Part shown: positions 9,255-18,713 of the stretch, one piece after another
Numbering within the stretch: position 1 is the stretch's first letter
Layout of the letters: each line of letters opens with the position of its first letter
NCBI GenBank assembly: GCA_963527735.1
Contig: CAURTM010000001.1
Span: 11,815-75,814 of the forward strand
Source: an uncultured Streptococcus sp.
GTDB taxonomy: Bacteria; Bacillota; Bacilli; Lactobacillales; Streptococcaceae
Direction: 5' to 3'
DNA: 64,000 nucleotides
Notes under the pieces: generated by a model
Database searches by the model: none
The model's input: only the letters and a program-made list of their open reading frames with translations
Told to the model about the DNA's origin: nothing
Made by a program: the position numbers and the translations under genes

Positions 9255-10568
9255 CTACTCTACTGTAACTGTCATGTACAGTTTTTCCATGCTGTCCACT
9301 GGTTTCACTTTGACATTAACCACTACAGACTCTTTCAACTCACCACGGAGTACCTCGATGTCTTCAACTTTGAAGTCCTCAATAGCACCACGAGCCTCAA
9401 GGTCTTTGAAGTAGCGAATACGGTTCGCTTTGAACGCTTGACGTCCATCTTCGTTGTTGCTTACTTTACCAAGGAAATACTCAGAGAAAGCATAACGAGT
9501 ATCGTTCACAATATCGTCCAAGGTGCGCAAGATACGGTTCTTACGGAAATCTTGGTTCTTTTCAATCGTGAAGCTGACGTGTGAGTTGATATCTTGTTCA
9601 ACTACCGCACGGCCACGACGAGCAGTGAAGACAAACTGCCCTTTCAAGAGCGCATCTTCTGTCTCTGTATGGCTCAAACGTCCCACAACATCAACAGAGT
9701 CTTCGTACTTCTCATAAGTCAACGATTTCTCAACGCCAGCATTTGCGCTTGCTGCTGCAACCCATACAGTCGCTTTCGTCTTGTCAATAACTGTCTTATC
9801 AGACAAGATAACACCATTTTTAACGTTGATTACTGCTTCACTGTCTGCGTCAGAGTCCGCCACAACCAATTGAGCGCCTAGTCCTTCATCTTCACGCATA
9901 CGTTTGATGAAGTTGATAGCTGCCTTCTTGATAGAAGCGTCTTCTACTGGCAAGGCCATATAGTTAAATTCAACTGTTTCAAGCGCCTTGAAGTATTCTG
10001 AGTAGTCTTGAGTTGAGACTGTACCGTCAGTACCGCCAGTCAATTTAGCACCAGCTACCGCTTGCAATTCGCCTGTACCTGAAAACTCAACTAGATCATT
10101 GTTTTTCAAGTCAGCCAAGACTTTTACAGTTTGTGAGTCCATAACAACAGTATCAAGGAATGTGACAACATCAAATGAACTTGGGTCGTCTACGTTTGTT
10201 TTGACCGTTACTGTGATGTCATTCCCACGGACACCGCTATATTTAGCTTGAGCCGTTACGTTGTCTGAAAGGCTTACGTTTGCCTTCTCGCCTGTATTTA
10301 GACGATAAAGCAAGACTTCACTAACACGTTTGAATGCCTCGTTCAGCAACAAAAGCTGTGGGCTTTCTTGTTCATAGCCTAGTTTTTTAAATAGGTCTTC
10401 ACCACGTCGGATTTTCATCAATTTCTTTGATTGACCGAAACTGAGTGCCAACGGTACTGTTACGACACCGTCACCGCCAAGGCGAGTCATTGCGATGTCT
10501 TTTGATTTGACGTTGATGTAAGCACCTGGTCTTACTTTATTTTGGCGTTTCCAAATTCCACCTGCCAT
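9255..10568 (-). CDS. Tail sheath protein (XkdK-like)
   Basis: MAGGIWKRQNKVRPGAYIN start, AKYSGVRGNDI, PVDSMEKLYMTV end. Confidence 0.95.
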   Translation of the reverse strand: MAGGIWKRQNKVRPGAYINVKSKDIAMTRLGGDGVVTVPLALSFGQSKKLMKIRRGEDLFKKLGYEQESPQLLLLNEAFKRVSEVLLYRLNTGEKANVSLSDNVTAQAKYSGVRGNDITVTVKTNVDDPSSFDVVTFLDTVVMDSQTVKVLADLKNNDLVEFSGTGELQAVAGAKLTGGTDGTVSTQDYSEYFKALETVEFNYMALPVEDASIKKAAINFIKRMREDEGLGAQLVVADSDADSEAVINVKNGVILSDKTVIDKTKATVWVAAASANAGVEKSLTYEKYEDSVDVVGRLSHTETEDALLKGQFVFTARRGRAVVEQDINSHVSFTIEKNQDFRKNRILRTLDDIVNDTRYAFSEYFLGKVSNNEDGRQAFKANRIRYFKDLEARGAIEDFKVEDIEVLRGELKESVVVNVKVKPVDSMEKLYMTVTVE

Positions 10569-10738
10569 TACTTAATCTTCCTTCCTAGTTCGTATTCTAG
10601 TTTTGCTCTTGCTTCTCCCAAGCTATAAGACTCTTCTGGGTCTAAAATAGCCCCCAAGATGTCTTTTTCTCCGTTGGTAAAAGCGCTACTTTCCAAAATG
10701 TCCGCAGTAGGGAACACAATTCCGTCTACATTATCCAT
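10568..10738 (-). CDS. Small 56-aa phage protein (not in ORF track)
   Basis: Manual translation MDNVDGIVFPTADILESSAFTNGEKDILGAILDPEESYSLGEARAKLEYELGRKIK; GAGG RBS; stop overlaps sheath start. Confidence 0.7.
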   Translation of the reverse strand: MDNVDGIVFPTADILESSAFTNGEKDILGAILDPEESYSLGEARAKLEYELGRKIK

Positions 10739-11147
10739 CTTTTACCTCTTCTTTCACTTTCAATTCACGTTGTTTGATATCTTCCTCTTCTAACTTCAAG
10801 CGTGTGCTTGCGTTAAAAATACAATGCAGAACGTTGTCAACCACTTCATACTGACGGTCAAATAAATGAATCGTCGGCAAGTGTAAGAGTTTATAACTCA
10901 ATTCTTCCTGCATTGCTAAACACTCGCTACGCTTTTTCTTAGGAGGAAAATAAGACAAATCCACTTTAGAACGTACTTTCACATACTTATTGGCTTCTGG
11001 AGTGTACTTAGTATCAACCACATGGATAAAAAAACAAGGCTCTTTAAAACCTTGCTCTACTTCATCCAGATAAATCCTGATGTCAGGATATAACCCCTTG
11101 ATGTGACTAACTAACTCCTCGACTAACCGAAAGCCTTTATTTGCCAT
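10731..11147 (-). CDS. Tail terminator protein
   Basis: IYLDEVEQGFKEPCFFI motif; position before sheath. Confidence 0.8.
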   Translation of the reverse strand: MANKGFRLVEELVSHIKGLYPDIRIYLDEVEQGFKEPCFFIHVVDTKYTPEANKYVKVRSKVDLSYFPPKKKRSECLAMQEELSYKLLHLPTIHLFDRQYEVVDNVLHCIFNASTRLKLEEEDIKQRELKVKEEVKDG

Positions 11148-11628
11148 TTCCTAACACTACCTTTCTCATAAAGCTATCATACTTATCACGGACACGATTT
11201 TCCATATCGCTTTTAGTATCTTCAACCGTTTTATGAAGAAAAAATTGCCCTGGAACAAAGCCACCATTAACCGTCTTATGCCCGTACTCAACGTGTGGGG
11301 CATAGTAGACCTTGTTATAGACTTTCTGCTTATAAGTCCGTCCAGATACTTCAATATGGCTTTTAGACCAGCCTTTTTGCAAGGTTCCGCCTTGTTTACC
11401 ATGAGCACTTGCCCAAAATTTGACGTGTTTGCCATCTTTGGTAGTGAACTCAACCCAATGATCCGTATAAACACCAACAGGCGTTCTCTCTTTCACTTTG
11501 GAATTTAGTTCTGTACCTTCATAATTCAAGGTCTGTCTCATAAATCGGTCTACTTTCGCTTGATTTGCATTCCTGTTGAAGTTGTTAGCAAACTTAGCAA
11601 AACTGCGATAATCAAAACTGCCACTCAT
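11137..11628 (-). CDS. HK97 gp10-like neck protein
   Basis: TPVG, GGTLQKGW, YAPHVEYGH, FVPGQFFL motifs. Confidence 0.85.
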   Translation of the reverse strand: MSGSFDYRSFAKFANNFNRNANQAKVDRFMRQTLNYEGTELNSKVKERTPVGVYTDHWVEFTTKDGKHVKFWASAHGKQGGTLQKGWSKSHIEVSGRTYKQKVYNKVYYAPHVEYGHKTVNGGFVPGQFFLHKTVEDTKSDMENRVRDKYDSFMRKVVLGNGK

Positions 11629-11981
11629 GACTTGCCCTCTAGCTTTATAGCAATTTCTTGATGTGACCAATACTGACCAATAGGCACATTAGACCGTGTA
11701 AACACTTTAACGTGCCCATTTCTATCAGTCACCTCAATCTTGCAACCTGCTGGGATATCATAAACAACTGAGCAAAAGAGTTTCATATCGTAGCCATTGG
11801 CTTGATAGTCGCTCCCGTTCGTTGAACTATTACTCATTTGCGAAATCCTACAAGGAATGTCTTCTAATAGCACGCTTTCTGACATACTGGTCAAACCGTC
11901 TATCTCTTGCTCTGTATAACCTTTAACCGTCATTTTACAGTCATACAAGGAATCAAAGACTGTCTTAGCATATTCGGTCAT
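11625..11981 (-). CDS. Head closure/head-tail joining protein
   Basis: IPCRIS, IPAGCKIEVT, SHQEI motifs; synteny. Confidence 0.75.
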   Translation of the reverse strand: MTEYAKTVFDSLYDCKMTVKGYTEQEIDGLTSMSESVLLEDIPCRISQMSNSSTNGSDYQANGYDMKLFCSVVYDIPAGCKIEVTDRNGHVKVFTRSNVPIGQYWSHQEIAIKLEGKS

Positions 11982-12373
11982 AGGAGCTTCCTAAAACGAT
12001 TCAACTGACGCTTGTAGCGCTCAAGTGATGACGGCACTTGTTTCATTCGTTGAATCATTTCGTAAGGACTAACCTTTTCGATTGTCGTATCGCCCATTTT
12101 GATACTCTTGACCGAAAAGTCATCTGCGTCTGATTTTTCAGCAAGCACGCTTTGCTCCTTGACCTTGTCCAGTAAGTCGTTGGTCATGTCTATCCATACG
12201 TTCTCTAAACGTCCAGGCACACTGTCTTGGTGAATATAATTCAAAATCTCGTTTTCTGCTTGGGTCAAAGCGTAGTGGAGAACTTCCATGTCTGTGAAAT
12301 AATTATCCTGACGCATTTTCCGAACGCATGAGATCAAGTACATTGTGTTGTCTTGTTTCAATTCTTGAATCAT
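11978..12373 (-). CDS. Head-tail connector (SPP1 gp15-like)
   Basis: Directly after capsid; VKSIKMGDT, QLNRFRKL motifs. Confidence 0.75.
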   Translation of the reverse strand: MIQELKQDNTMYLISCVRKMRQDNYFTDMEVLHYALTQAENEILNYIHQDSVPGRLENVWIDMTNDLLDKVKEQSVLAEKSDADDFSVKSIKMGDTTIEKVSPYEMIQRMKQVPSSLERYKRQLNRFRKLL

Positions 12374-12388
12374 ATTCTGTTACCCAAT

Positions 12389-13381
12389 CTATTTGCCAAT
12401 TTTGTGTTTCAAAGCGATAATACCGATGTTTTTAGGCTCGTAAACACGTTTCCAGTTCTTGAATTTAGCCAAGTCAGCATTTGATGGAGTGATGTTTCCA
12501 GCATCCACTTCTGCACCAGTCCATTTCACACCGTAAGGGTGCATAACAAGGGCACGACGAGTGTAAATCATGTCGTTACCTTTAGCTGCTTCACGAGAAG
12601 TTTCAAACGTAGTCAACCCTGATGGATTTCCTGTGTTAAGACCGATTGAACCAGTACGGAAAAGGTATGATGTATAAACATCTCCTGTTGGTGCAATACC
12701 ATCATCGATAATGACACGGTAACCAAGGTAGGTTGGAATGTTGATAGTCGCAGTTGTTGGCTGGATGTATTGAATCAAGTTGTCTTTTTGTAGTTTAGTG
12801 TAAACCGCAGAGTGCATAGCAATAGCAGTAACTTGATCAGCAGAATCTCCAAGCAATTGTTTAGCGTCAAGCACCATAGCTGCATCGATACCAGTAGACG
12901 CTTTTGATTGGTCTGATACGTGAGTTTCTTCAAGCGCACCTTTCTCACCACCTGTTCCAGTAGCAAAGATACCATTCAAGGTAGCAATCAAGGCTTTTTG
13001 GTCTTCACGCAACCAGTAAGCACCGATACGGTTCAAAATAGCACGCACGGGGTCAGAACCAGCTACAATACCAGTCAATTCGTTAGCAGCCCAACCACGT
13101 CCACGATAAAGAACGCAGGCAATGTCTGCTCCAGCAGTAATTTTTCCAGTTTCTAGGGCTTTGTCGCCATTTCCGAGAACTTCAGAATCACCAGTAAGGT
13201 CATTCCAGAACGGCATGTTGACCAAAAGACCACCAGATGTAATGTTTTCAGAGACACGCTCGTCTGATACTGCAATACCACTTTGAACGAAAGCAGATTT
13301 AGCAGCCGTGTACTGTTGCATGTAGGCATTGTACCGTTGAGGTGTAATCGCGTCTAGAATTTTTGTAAGTTCATTAGCCAT
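12389..13381 (-). CDS. Major capsid protein
   Basis: NMPFWNDLTGD, MHSAVYTKL, HPYGVKW, NWKRVYEPKNI motifs. Confidence 0.92.
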   Translation of the reverse strand: MANELTKILDAITPQRYNAYMQQYTAAKSAFVQSGIAVSDERVSENITSGGLLVNMPFWNDLTGDSEVLGNGDKALETGKITAGADIACVLYRGRGWAANELTGIVAGSDPVRAILNRIGAYWLREDQKALIATLNGIFATGTGGEKGALEETHVSDQSKASTGIDAAMVLDAKQLLGDSADQVTAIAMHSAVYTKLQKDNLIQYIQPTTATINIPTYLGYRVIIDDGIAPTGDVYTSYLFRTGSIGLNTGNPSGLTTFETSREAAKGNDMIYTRRALVMHPYGVKWTGAEVDAGNITPSNADLAKFKNWKRVYEPKNIGIIALKHKIGK

Positions 13382-13962
13382 TAGTTATTTTCTCCTTGTT
13401 GTTCTAAAAATTGAGTTAGGTTGAAGTCAGGATTGCTCATAGCAGTTTCCCAACTCCCTAAATTAGCACCTTGCCCATCGCCTTGATTTGGCGTGTATTG
13501 GGCTTGTTTCTCCCCGTTAAAGAGATATGGACTCTTAGCACGCTGAGCTTCGATTTGCTCAGTTAAGCCAATCAATTTGCCATCTTTTACAGAGATTTCG
13601 TCTTTGTTTAAGATTTTTCCAAAAATTTCTGCGTCTCGAACGCCAGCTTTTGTTAATTCAGCATCGATTAAGCGAGATTTATTCTCATCTGCGAGTTTCG
13701 TCTCAAGTGCTTCTGTATCTTGTTTGTACTTAGCTTGTAAGTCCTCTAGCTTTTGCTGAATATCTTCAACATCTGCGCCTTTTTTCTTGAGATCATTCAA
13801 GTCTTTGTCACGTTGTGTCAGCTGTCCACGAACGCTCTCTAATTCGCTTTCTTTACTTGCCACATCATCCTTAAATTTTTGGACAGAAGCGCCATACAAA
13901 GCGAAGACTTGAGAAATTTGGTCTTCAGTTAAGCCGATGTTTGCCAGTTGTTCTTTTTTCAT
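13381..13962 (-). CDS. Scaffolding protein (phage GP20 family)
   Basis: Coiled coil, GLTEDQI start, GLTEQIE...PYLF end; precedes capsid. Confidence 0.88.
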   Translation of the reverse strand: MKKEQLANIGLTEDQISQVFALYGASVQKFKDDVASKESELESVRGQLTQRDKDLNDLKKKGADVEDIQQKLEDLQAKYKQDTEALETKLADENKSRLIDAELTKAGVRDAEIFGKILNKDEISVKDGKLIGLTEQIEAQRAKSPYLFNGEKQAQYTPNQGDGQGANLGSWETAMSNPDFNLTQFLEQQGENN

Positions 13963-14087
13963 TTTGAAAATCCTTTCCTCTACGCTAGGCTTTTTAGGTG
14001 TTCTCCATCACCAGTCGCTCCGCTTTTGTTAGGACTACGGACTTGTCCAATATTTGAACCTTTTAACGCCATGTTCAGGGCATAAGA

Positions 14088-14112
14088 AAACCGCCTCGAT
14101 TTCGATGCGGTT
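14088..14112 (-). terminator. Intrinsic terminator after antirepressor
   Basis: AACCGCATCG-AAAT-CGAGGCGGTT stem followed by a T-rich tract on minus strand. Confidence 0.65.
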
Positions 14113-14121
14113 AGAACATAA

Positions 14122-14877
14122 TTAGATAAATAGTAGTCTAAAGGTTTCACGACCTTTAGGTGTGATGAGAGTCTGTGTGCCAGACCATTGTGTTTTTTCG
14201 TTGAGTGTTTCCTTGACCTCAAACAAGCCATCGTTTTTATTGGCTGTTGGTTGGAGCTTACCTTTCTTATCTCGGTAGATGTATTTTTTCTCCATCAAGA
14301 AGTCAATAAACTTACGTTCTTTGATTTTTAATTGTTTTGCTGTTTCTCGGAAGCTGGTCAGTAAGTTTCTATCTACTAGTTCATCGAAATAGTCTGCTTT
14401 CGGTTTCATTATGGTATTTTCAACGGAAAGTACAGCTTTTTCAGCTTCCAAGTGTTTAATGACTGCTTCTTTTTCTTTTAGTTGATTACCAGCCATAAGG
14501 AGCAGGTCTGCTAAGGCTTGTTTGTTGTGCGTGATATTATAGGCCACTTGGTCGGTCATATAAGCGCCATGCTTACGAATAGAGGGTAGCACTTCGCTAG
14601 TGACCCAATCAGCAAATTTCTCTGCTTCTGGTTTACGAGATTGAAAAACAAGCTTATAGAAATTCGCTTCGTTGATGAAGTTGGCTTGTTGGACTCCTCC
14701 ATTTGTAAGGATGTCACTACTAGTTACACCCTTTGGATTGAGTCTTTCTAGTGTTTTTCGTGGATTGCTTAAATCCAGAATTTGACAACAATCATTCAAA
14801 TTAAAGAATGGCTCGCCTTTAATTTCTACTGTTCTTACTTCTCCGAATTGTTCATTTTTAAAAATTTGTAGTTCCAT
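14122..14877 (-). CDS. Antirepressor, BRO-N + KilA-C(ANT) domains
   Basis: QIFKNEQFGEVRTV, FADWVTSEVLPSIRKHGAY, QTLITPKGRETF. Confidence 0.92.
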   Translation of the reverse strand: MELQIFKNEQFGEVRTVEIKGEPFFNLNDCCQILDLSNPRKTLERLNPKGVTSSDILTNGGVQQANFINEANFYKLVFQSRKPEAEKFADWVTSEVLPSIRKHGAYMTDQVAYNITHNKQALADLLLMAGNQLKEKEAVIKHLEAEKAVLSVENTIMKPKADYFDELVDRNLLTSFRETAKQLKIKERKFIDFLMEKKYIYRDKKGKLQPTANKNDGLFEVKETLNEKTQWSGTQTLITPKGRETFRLLFI

Positions 14878-14887
14878 TTTTATGCTC

Positions 14888-15163
14888 CTAGTTAAAAATT
14901 TTACTTCCTAAGATTTCTGCTTTATCTGTTGAGTTCATCAAAATAAAAGCAATTTCATCTAGTGTTGAATGAAGTAAACCGAATTGTTCATTAAAAGTAT
15001 CAAAGAACTTTTTAGACATCTCTTTAAAAGCTGTCTCATCCTTAAGTTGAACCCAAGCCAAGGTTTCTGTCATATTGGTTGCCATTTCAACCGTTCTTCG
15101 AATATCTGCAAGCTCGTAGCCTAGATGAGTCAATTGTTCTTCTGTTAATTCAATTTTTGCCAT
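14888..15163 (-). CDS. Hypothetical protein in antirepressor cassette
   Basis: ATG 15163 with AAAGGAG RBS. Confidence 0.7.
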   Translation of the reverse strand: MAKIELTEEQLTHLGYELADIRRTVEMATNMTETLAWVQLKDETAFKEMSKKFFDTFNEQFGLLHSTLDEIAFILMNSTDKAEILGSKIFN

Positions 15164-15183
15164 AATAAAAACTCCTTTGTGGT

Positions 15184-15290
15184 ATGACAAAGAAGCTCTT
15201 TTCTGATATAATGATTTCAGAAAGAGTTTCTTTCGTGCGATAGCTTAGAACCATCTGATTGGCGTTAGTGGGTTCTAGGCTATTTTTTTA
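15184..15290 (+). ncRNA. Putative ~70-nt antisense sRNA with its own promoter and terminator
   Basis: ATGACA-17bp-TATAAT (15184-15212, extended TG), hairpin 15241-15282, T-tract. Confidence 0.45.
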
Positions 15291-15456
15291 TTTCGTTGTA
15301 GACCTTTTCTAGTCCCAGCATTAAAATTTCCGTCTTCGTCTTTCCTGTTTGTTCAGCACAATACTCTAACATTGCTACTTCTTCATCAGTCATACGAAGT
15401 CTTGTATTATTTCTGCGAGGATTTTCACTTTTCGGTCTTCCGACTTTTGCTACCAT
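15280..15456 (-). CDS. Small ribbon-helix-helix (Arc/CopG-like) regulator
   Basis: MVAKVGRPKSENPRRNNTRLRMTDEE...GKTKTEILMLGL pattern; GAGGTG RBS. Confidence 0.75.
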   Translation of the reverse strand: MVAKVGRPKSENPRRNNTRLRMTDEEVAMLEYCAEQTGKTKTEILMLGLEKVYNEIKK

Positions 15457-15472
15457 GTCATCACCTCTTTTC

Positions 15473-15515
15473 TTGGTAACACAATTATTATATAACTGTG
15501 TTACCAAAAAGTCAA
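15473..15515 (-). promoter_or_regulatory. Sigma-A promoter with overlapping inverted-repeat operator
   Basis: TTGACT-17bp-TATAAT on minus strand; TTGGTAACACA...TGTGTTACCAA (15473-15507). Confidence 0.7.
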
Positions 15516-15563
15516 GAGGTTTTTTGAAAAAAATTAAAAATAAGAAAAGCACCCTTACGAGTG

Positions 15564-15761
15564 CTACATTAATTCTATTGACTTGATTTCAGATTCATTA
15601 AATCCAACATATGGATGTTTATCTGTTCTTATTGTAATTTCATCATAGAGTTCATCTTCCGTATCTTGCTTTCCAGTAAAAGTATTACAATGACCTTCAA
15701 GAATTTGACCATCAACAAAAGTAACTCTAATATCTTTTCCTAAATATTGCTCTAAATTCAT
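15564..15761 (-). CDS. Putative immunity protein for MuF toxin domain
   Basis: 65-aa acidic ORF translationally coupled to the MuF stop; followed by terminator 15546-15565. Confidence 0.65.
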   Translation of the reverse strand: MNLEQYLGKDIRVTFVDGQILEGHCNTFTGKQDTEDELYDEITIRTDKHPYVGFNESEIKSIELM

Positions 15762-17317
15762 TACTGATCTCCTTTCTTAGGTACAATGTGAGTTCTCTTT
15801 TCAGAATGATGGATTTTAATAGATGTCACTTCTGAGCCATCTGAACCATTGATTCCGATTGGGTAACCTAACTCTATTATCTCTTTGTTCGTTCTTCTTC
15901 CGTGTCTGTCAAGCTCAATACGACCAGTTCCGTGATGTTTATTAAACAATTCCTGAACATCAACTGAATCATAGATATAAGATTTCCCTGCTTTATGTGT
16001 TGATTCCATATGTGGCAACTGTTTCTCAGGGTTTATTTTTTTACCCCATTCCCCAGTTTGGGTTTTCTGATAAATAAAGACTTTATCTTTCAGTTGCTCA
16101 TATCCTTTAACATCATTATACTTCAAATCATAGAAGCCTGCAAATGTTTTGGGCATATTTTGAGAGCCTAAAACCTGCCTATAAGCTATGAACTGCTCCT
16201 TGGTTCTGCGGACTCTGTCCTTTTCCAATCGTTCAGCTTGTAGCTTGTCCTTGATAGCAGTATGGCCATACTTATTAAGTTGTTGCTTTCGCCAATCCTT
16301 GAAGGTATGACCACTTTCAACCTCATAGCCTTTTCCTGTTTCAATATCTCTTGCATAGCGTTTCCCACCTTTTTCTAAGGCAGGAACCGTCGTACATCGA
16401 CAATGAGGGTGCATAGTAGGGTAATTTACACCCTTTTCTGCATCCTTGACAGGAAATACCTTACCGTCTAACTCGCCACAAATAGGGCATGTGTGAACTT
16501 CTAAGGTCGCTAGATACCTGTACTTCTTGATATTGTCGTCTTGGTATTCATCTAACGTTGCCTGAGCCTGAATACCGTTTGTTTCCGTCTGTAAAACAGT
16601 CACTGCACGATTACGAGCACGGTCGAACTCAATTGCTAGAAGCTTACTGGATTGGTCTATCGGATAACCTCGGTTTAAATCATTGGTTACAAGCGATTCT
16701 ACTTTACTGACCAGTTCGTCCATATTGCTACCCCAAACACGCTCAGAGAACCGCTTACCTTTGAAGTTTTCGTTGATTGCCTTTTGAAGATACTCCTCTT
16801 CTAGGCGCTCAGGCTTGAAATTCGGTTCTCTTTTGGTCTGTTTATGATAGTTGTAAGCACGATTTAAGTAAGTTTCTTGGTAGGTTTGTTTGAGATGTGT
16901 TTCTATTCGCTTGTTGATTTTGCCAGTCATTTCAGCGATATCCATCTCAACACCAGCAAACAAGGCATCTGCATTTGTTTTGACCTTTATTGACCTTGAC
17001 CACTCTGTTAAATCAGGGTGTTTCTTAACAAAACCTGCAATCTCTTGCTTGGTTTTTAATTGGTCAGTCTTAGTCAGGGATAACAGATAAAATGGCAATG
17101 AGTCACTACGATTTTTAGATACCCTCTCAAACGCCTCTAAACGCCCTGTAATGCGTTTTAGTGTTCTGCGGTATAAATTATCGATGTAGTCTATTATCTC
17201 GCTGAGGTCGTCAATCTGAGCCAGCTCATATAGCAATCTGTCTTTCTCTTCTCGGCTGAGGTCATCGAGAGATTCGATAAAGGCAATTTTCTCTTCTTTA
17301 TTCAGTTTCCGACTCAT
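15761..17317 (-). CDS. Minor head protein MuF (SPP1 gp7-like) with C-terminal Ntox50-like toxin domain
   Basis: TCPICGELDG...PTMHPHCRCT MuF motif; C-terminal INPEKQLPH...IKIHHSEKRTHIVP. Confidence 0.85.
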   Translation of the reverse strand: MSRKLNKEEKIAFIESLDDLSREEKDRLLYELAQIDDLSEIIDYIDNLYRRTLKRITGRLEAFERVSKNRSDSLPFYLLSLTKTDQLKTKQEIAGFVKKHPDLTEWSRSIKVKTNADALFAGVEMDIAEMTGKINKRIETHLKQTYQETYLNRAYNYHKQTKREPNFKPERLEEEYLQKAINENFKGKRFSERVWGSNMDELVSKVESLVTNDLNRGYPIDQSSKLLAIEFDRARNRAVTVLQTETNGIQAQATLDEYQDDNIKKYRYLATLEVHTCPICGELDGKVFPVKDAEKGVNYPTMHPHCRCTTVPALEKGGKRYARDIETGKGYEVESGHTFKDWRKQQLNKYGHTAIKDKLQAERLEKDRVRRTKEQFIAYRQVLGSQNMPKTFAGFYDLKYNDVKGYEQLKDKVFIYQKTQTGEWGKKINPEKQLPHMESTHKAGKSYIYDSVDVQELFNKHHGTGRIELDRHGRRTNKEIIELGYPIGINGSDGSEVTSIKIHHSEKRTHIVPKKGDQ

Positions 17318-18713
17318 GCTCTACCTCTTCCATGTCGTAGAGTTTTTCAGATCGTCCCTCCTGGTCAGCTTTCTGCAAGCGTAGTTCATCCTGCCAATCT
17401 TCTACAATTGGATTCGATTTAGCTACGTTTTCTCTTGATGTGATAGTTGCAAGAGTAGAAACTACTTGAGCCATTTCTGTATCGTTATTGATTGAGTTCC
17501 GTGTCCATGTTTGCTTGATTTTGAGTTTGTCGGAAAATCCTAGATGTTTCAAGATCATCTTAACAAGTGTGGCATATCCACTTCTGAACTGAGTTTCCAT
17601 GTTTCCAGCTTTTAACTCTAAGAGCGAGTATAGAAACTTCAAAGCAACACCAGAACTGTTCCCCAGCTTATCTGTTTCAGGGTTAACCCCTTGGCCACTA
17701 ATAAAGATTTGTTTCTTAGTCCGCTCTAAAATCAGATTTCTGGCTTCGGTTGGGATGTCAATCGCAATAGTTGTAACTCCTGACTGGTCTCCCATACCGT
17801 CGTTGTCCATCTTAATCATCTTGTAGCGTTTCAAATCCTCAAGAAACTCTTGCTTGTCCTGCCCACCGTAGTTTGTAAGAACAAAGATAACCTCTTGAAC
17901 ATCGTCTGTATCATTGACAAATCCACTAAAGACCTTGTCGTAAACATCAACTAGGTCTTTGATTGGTTTCAAGTCGTTGGTCTCGATTTCATTATTTTTG
18001 AATGGAATAAAAGGAACAAGACCAAAATCGTGTTTAAAGCTATTGTCTCTTGAGCGGTCGCCATTCATGGTATCAATCAAAGAGATTGCTTGGAATGACT
18101 CTAATTCTTCCAGCGGCTTATTTTCTTCGTGACGATAGAAAGAGCACTCTTTATCGTTCCAGTATTCGTAAACAGTATAATTTTTACCATCTGTTTCATC
18201 TATGCTAGAGTAAACTCGCAGTACCCCAATCAACTTCTTATCTAAGGACTTTGAATAGATTGGTATTACTTCTTTTGAGTCCACACAAGCATATCGAAAC
18301 GAATTATCACTAGCGTCTTTCCAAACATGAAGCCAAGCGATGCCAGCATTTCCTGCATTCACGCAAAGCTGCTTGCTGATACGTTCATAATCGTCTCCTA
18401 AGACATCCACGATCATATCATTTACCTTTTTATCGTCCACGTCGAATGTAGGAGGATAGGTCAACGCATAAGCCTTTTTCTGGTCAAGCAATAACTGGTG
18501 CCAGTTGTGACTAATACGGTTGTCAGCATTACGAAAGGCATTATCTTCTGCTTTCGCTTCGTTCTCTGCGCCTTTCTTGTCGGCAGGCTTACGCTTCCGT
18601 TTAATATCATTCTCGTTGCGATAGTATTTCTCGGCATCAGCTGCTTGTGAGACAAACTCTCTGTGCTTAACCATCTGCGACGAGATTATTTTTTTAATTA
18701 CTTCTATTTCCAA
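17298..18713 (-). CDS. Portal protein (SPP1 gp6-like)
   Basis: VPFIPFKNN, GNSSGVALKFLYSLLELKA motifs. Confidence 0.93.
   Translation of the reverse strand: MEIEVIKKIISSQMVKHREFVSQAADAEKYYRNENDIKRKRKPADKKGAENEAKAEDNAFRNADNRISHNWHQLLLDQKKAYALTYPPTFDVDDKKVNDMIVDVLGDDYERISKQLCVNAGNAGIAWLHVWKDASDNSFRYACVDSKEVIPIYSKSLDKKLIGVLRVYSSIDETDGKNYTVYEYWNDKECSFYRHEENKPLEELESFQAISLIDTMNGDRSRDNSFKHDFGLVPFIPFKNNEIETNDLKPIKDLVDVYDKVFSGFVNDTDDVQEVIFVLTNYGGQDKQEFLEDLKRYKMIKMDNDGMGDQSGVTTIAIDIPTEARNLILERTKKQIFISGQGVNPETDKLGNSSGVALKFLYSLLELKAGNMETQFRSGYATLVKMILKHLGFSDKLKIKQTWTRNSINNDTEMAQVVSTLATITSRENVAKSNPIVEDWQDELRLQKADQEGRSEKLYDMEEVEHESETE

Noticed and set aside
13980..14231. 83-aa minus-strand ORF
   Set aside because: Overlaps the antirepressor end, terminator and structured leader; no RBS.
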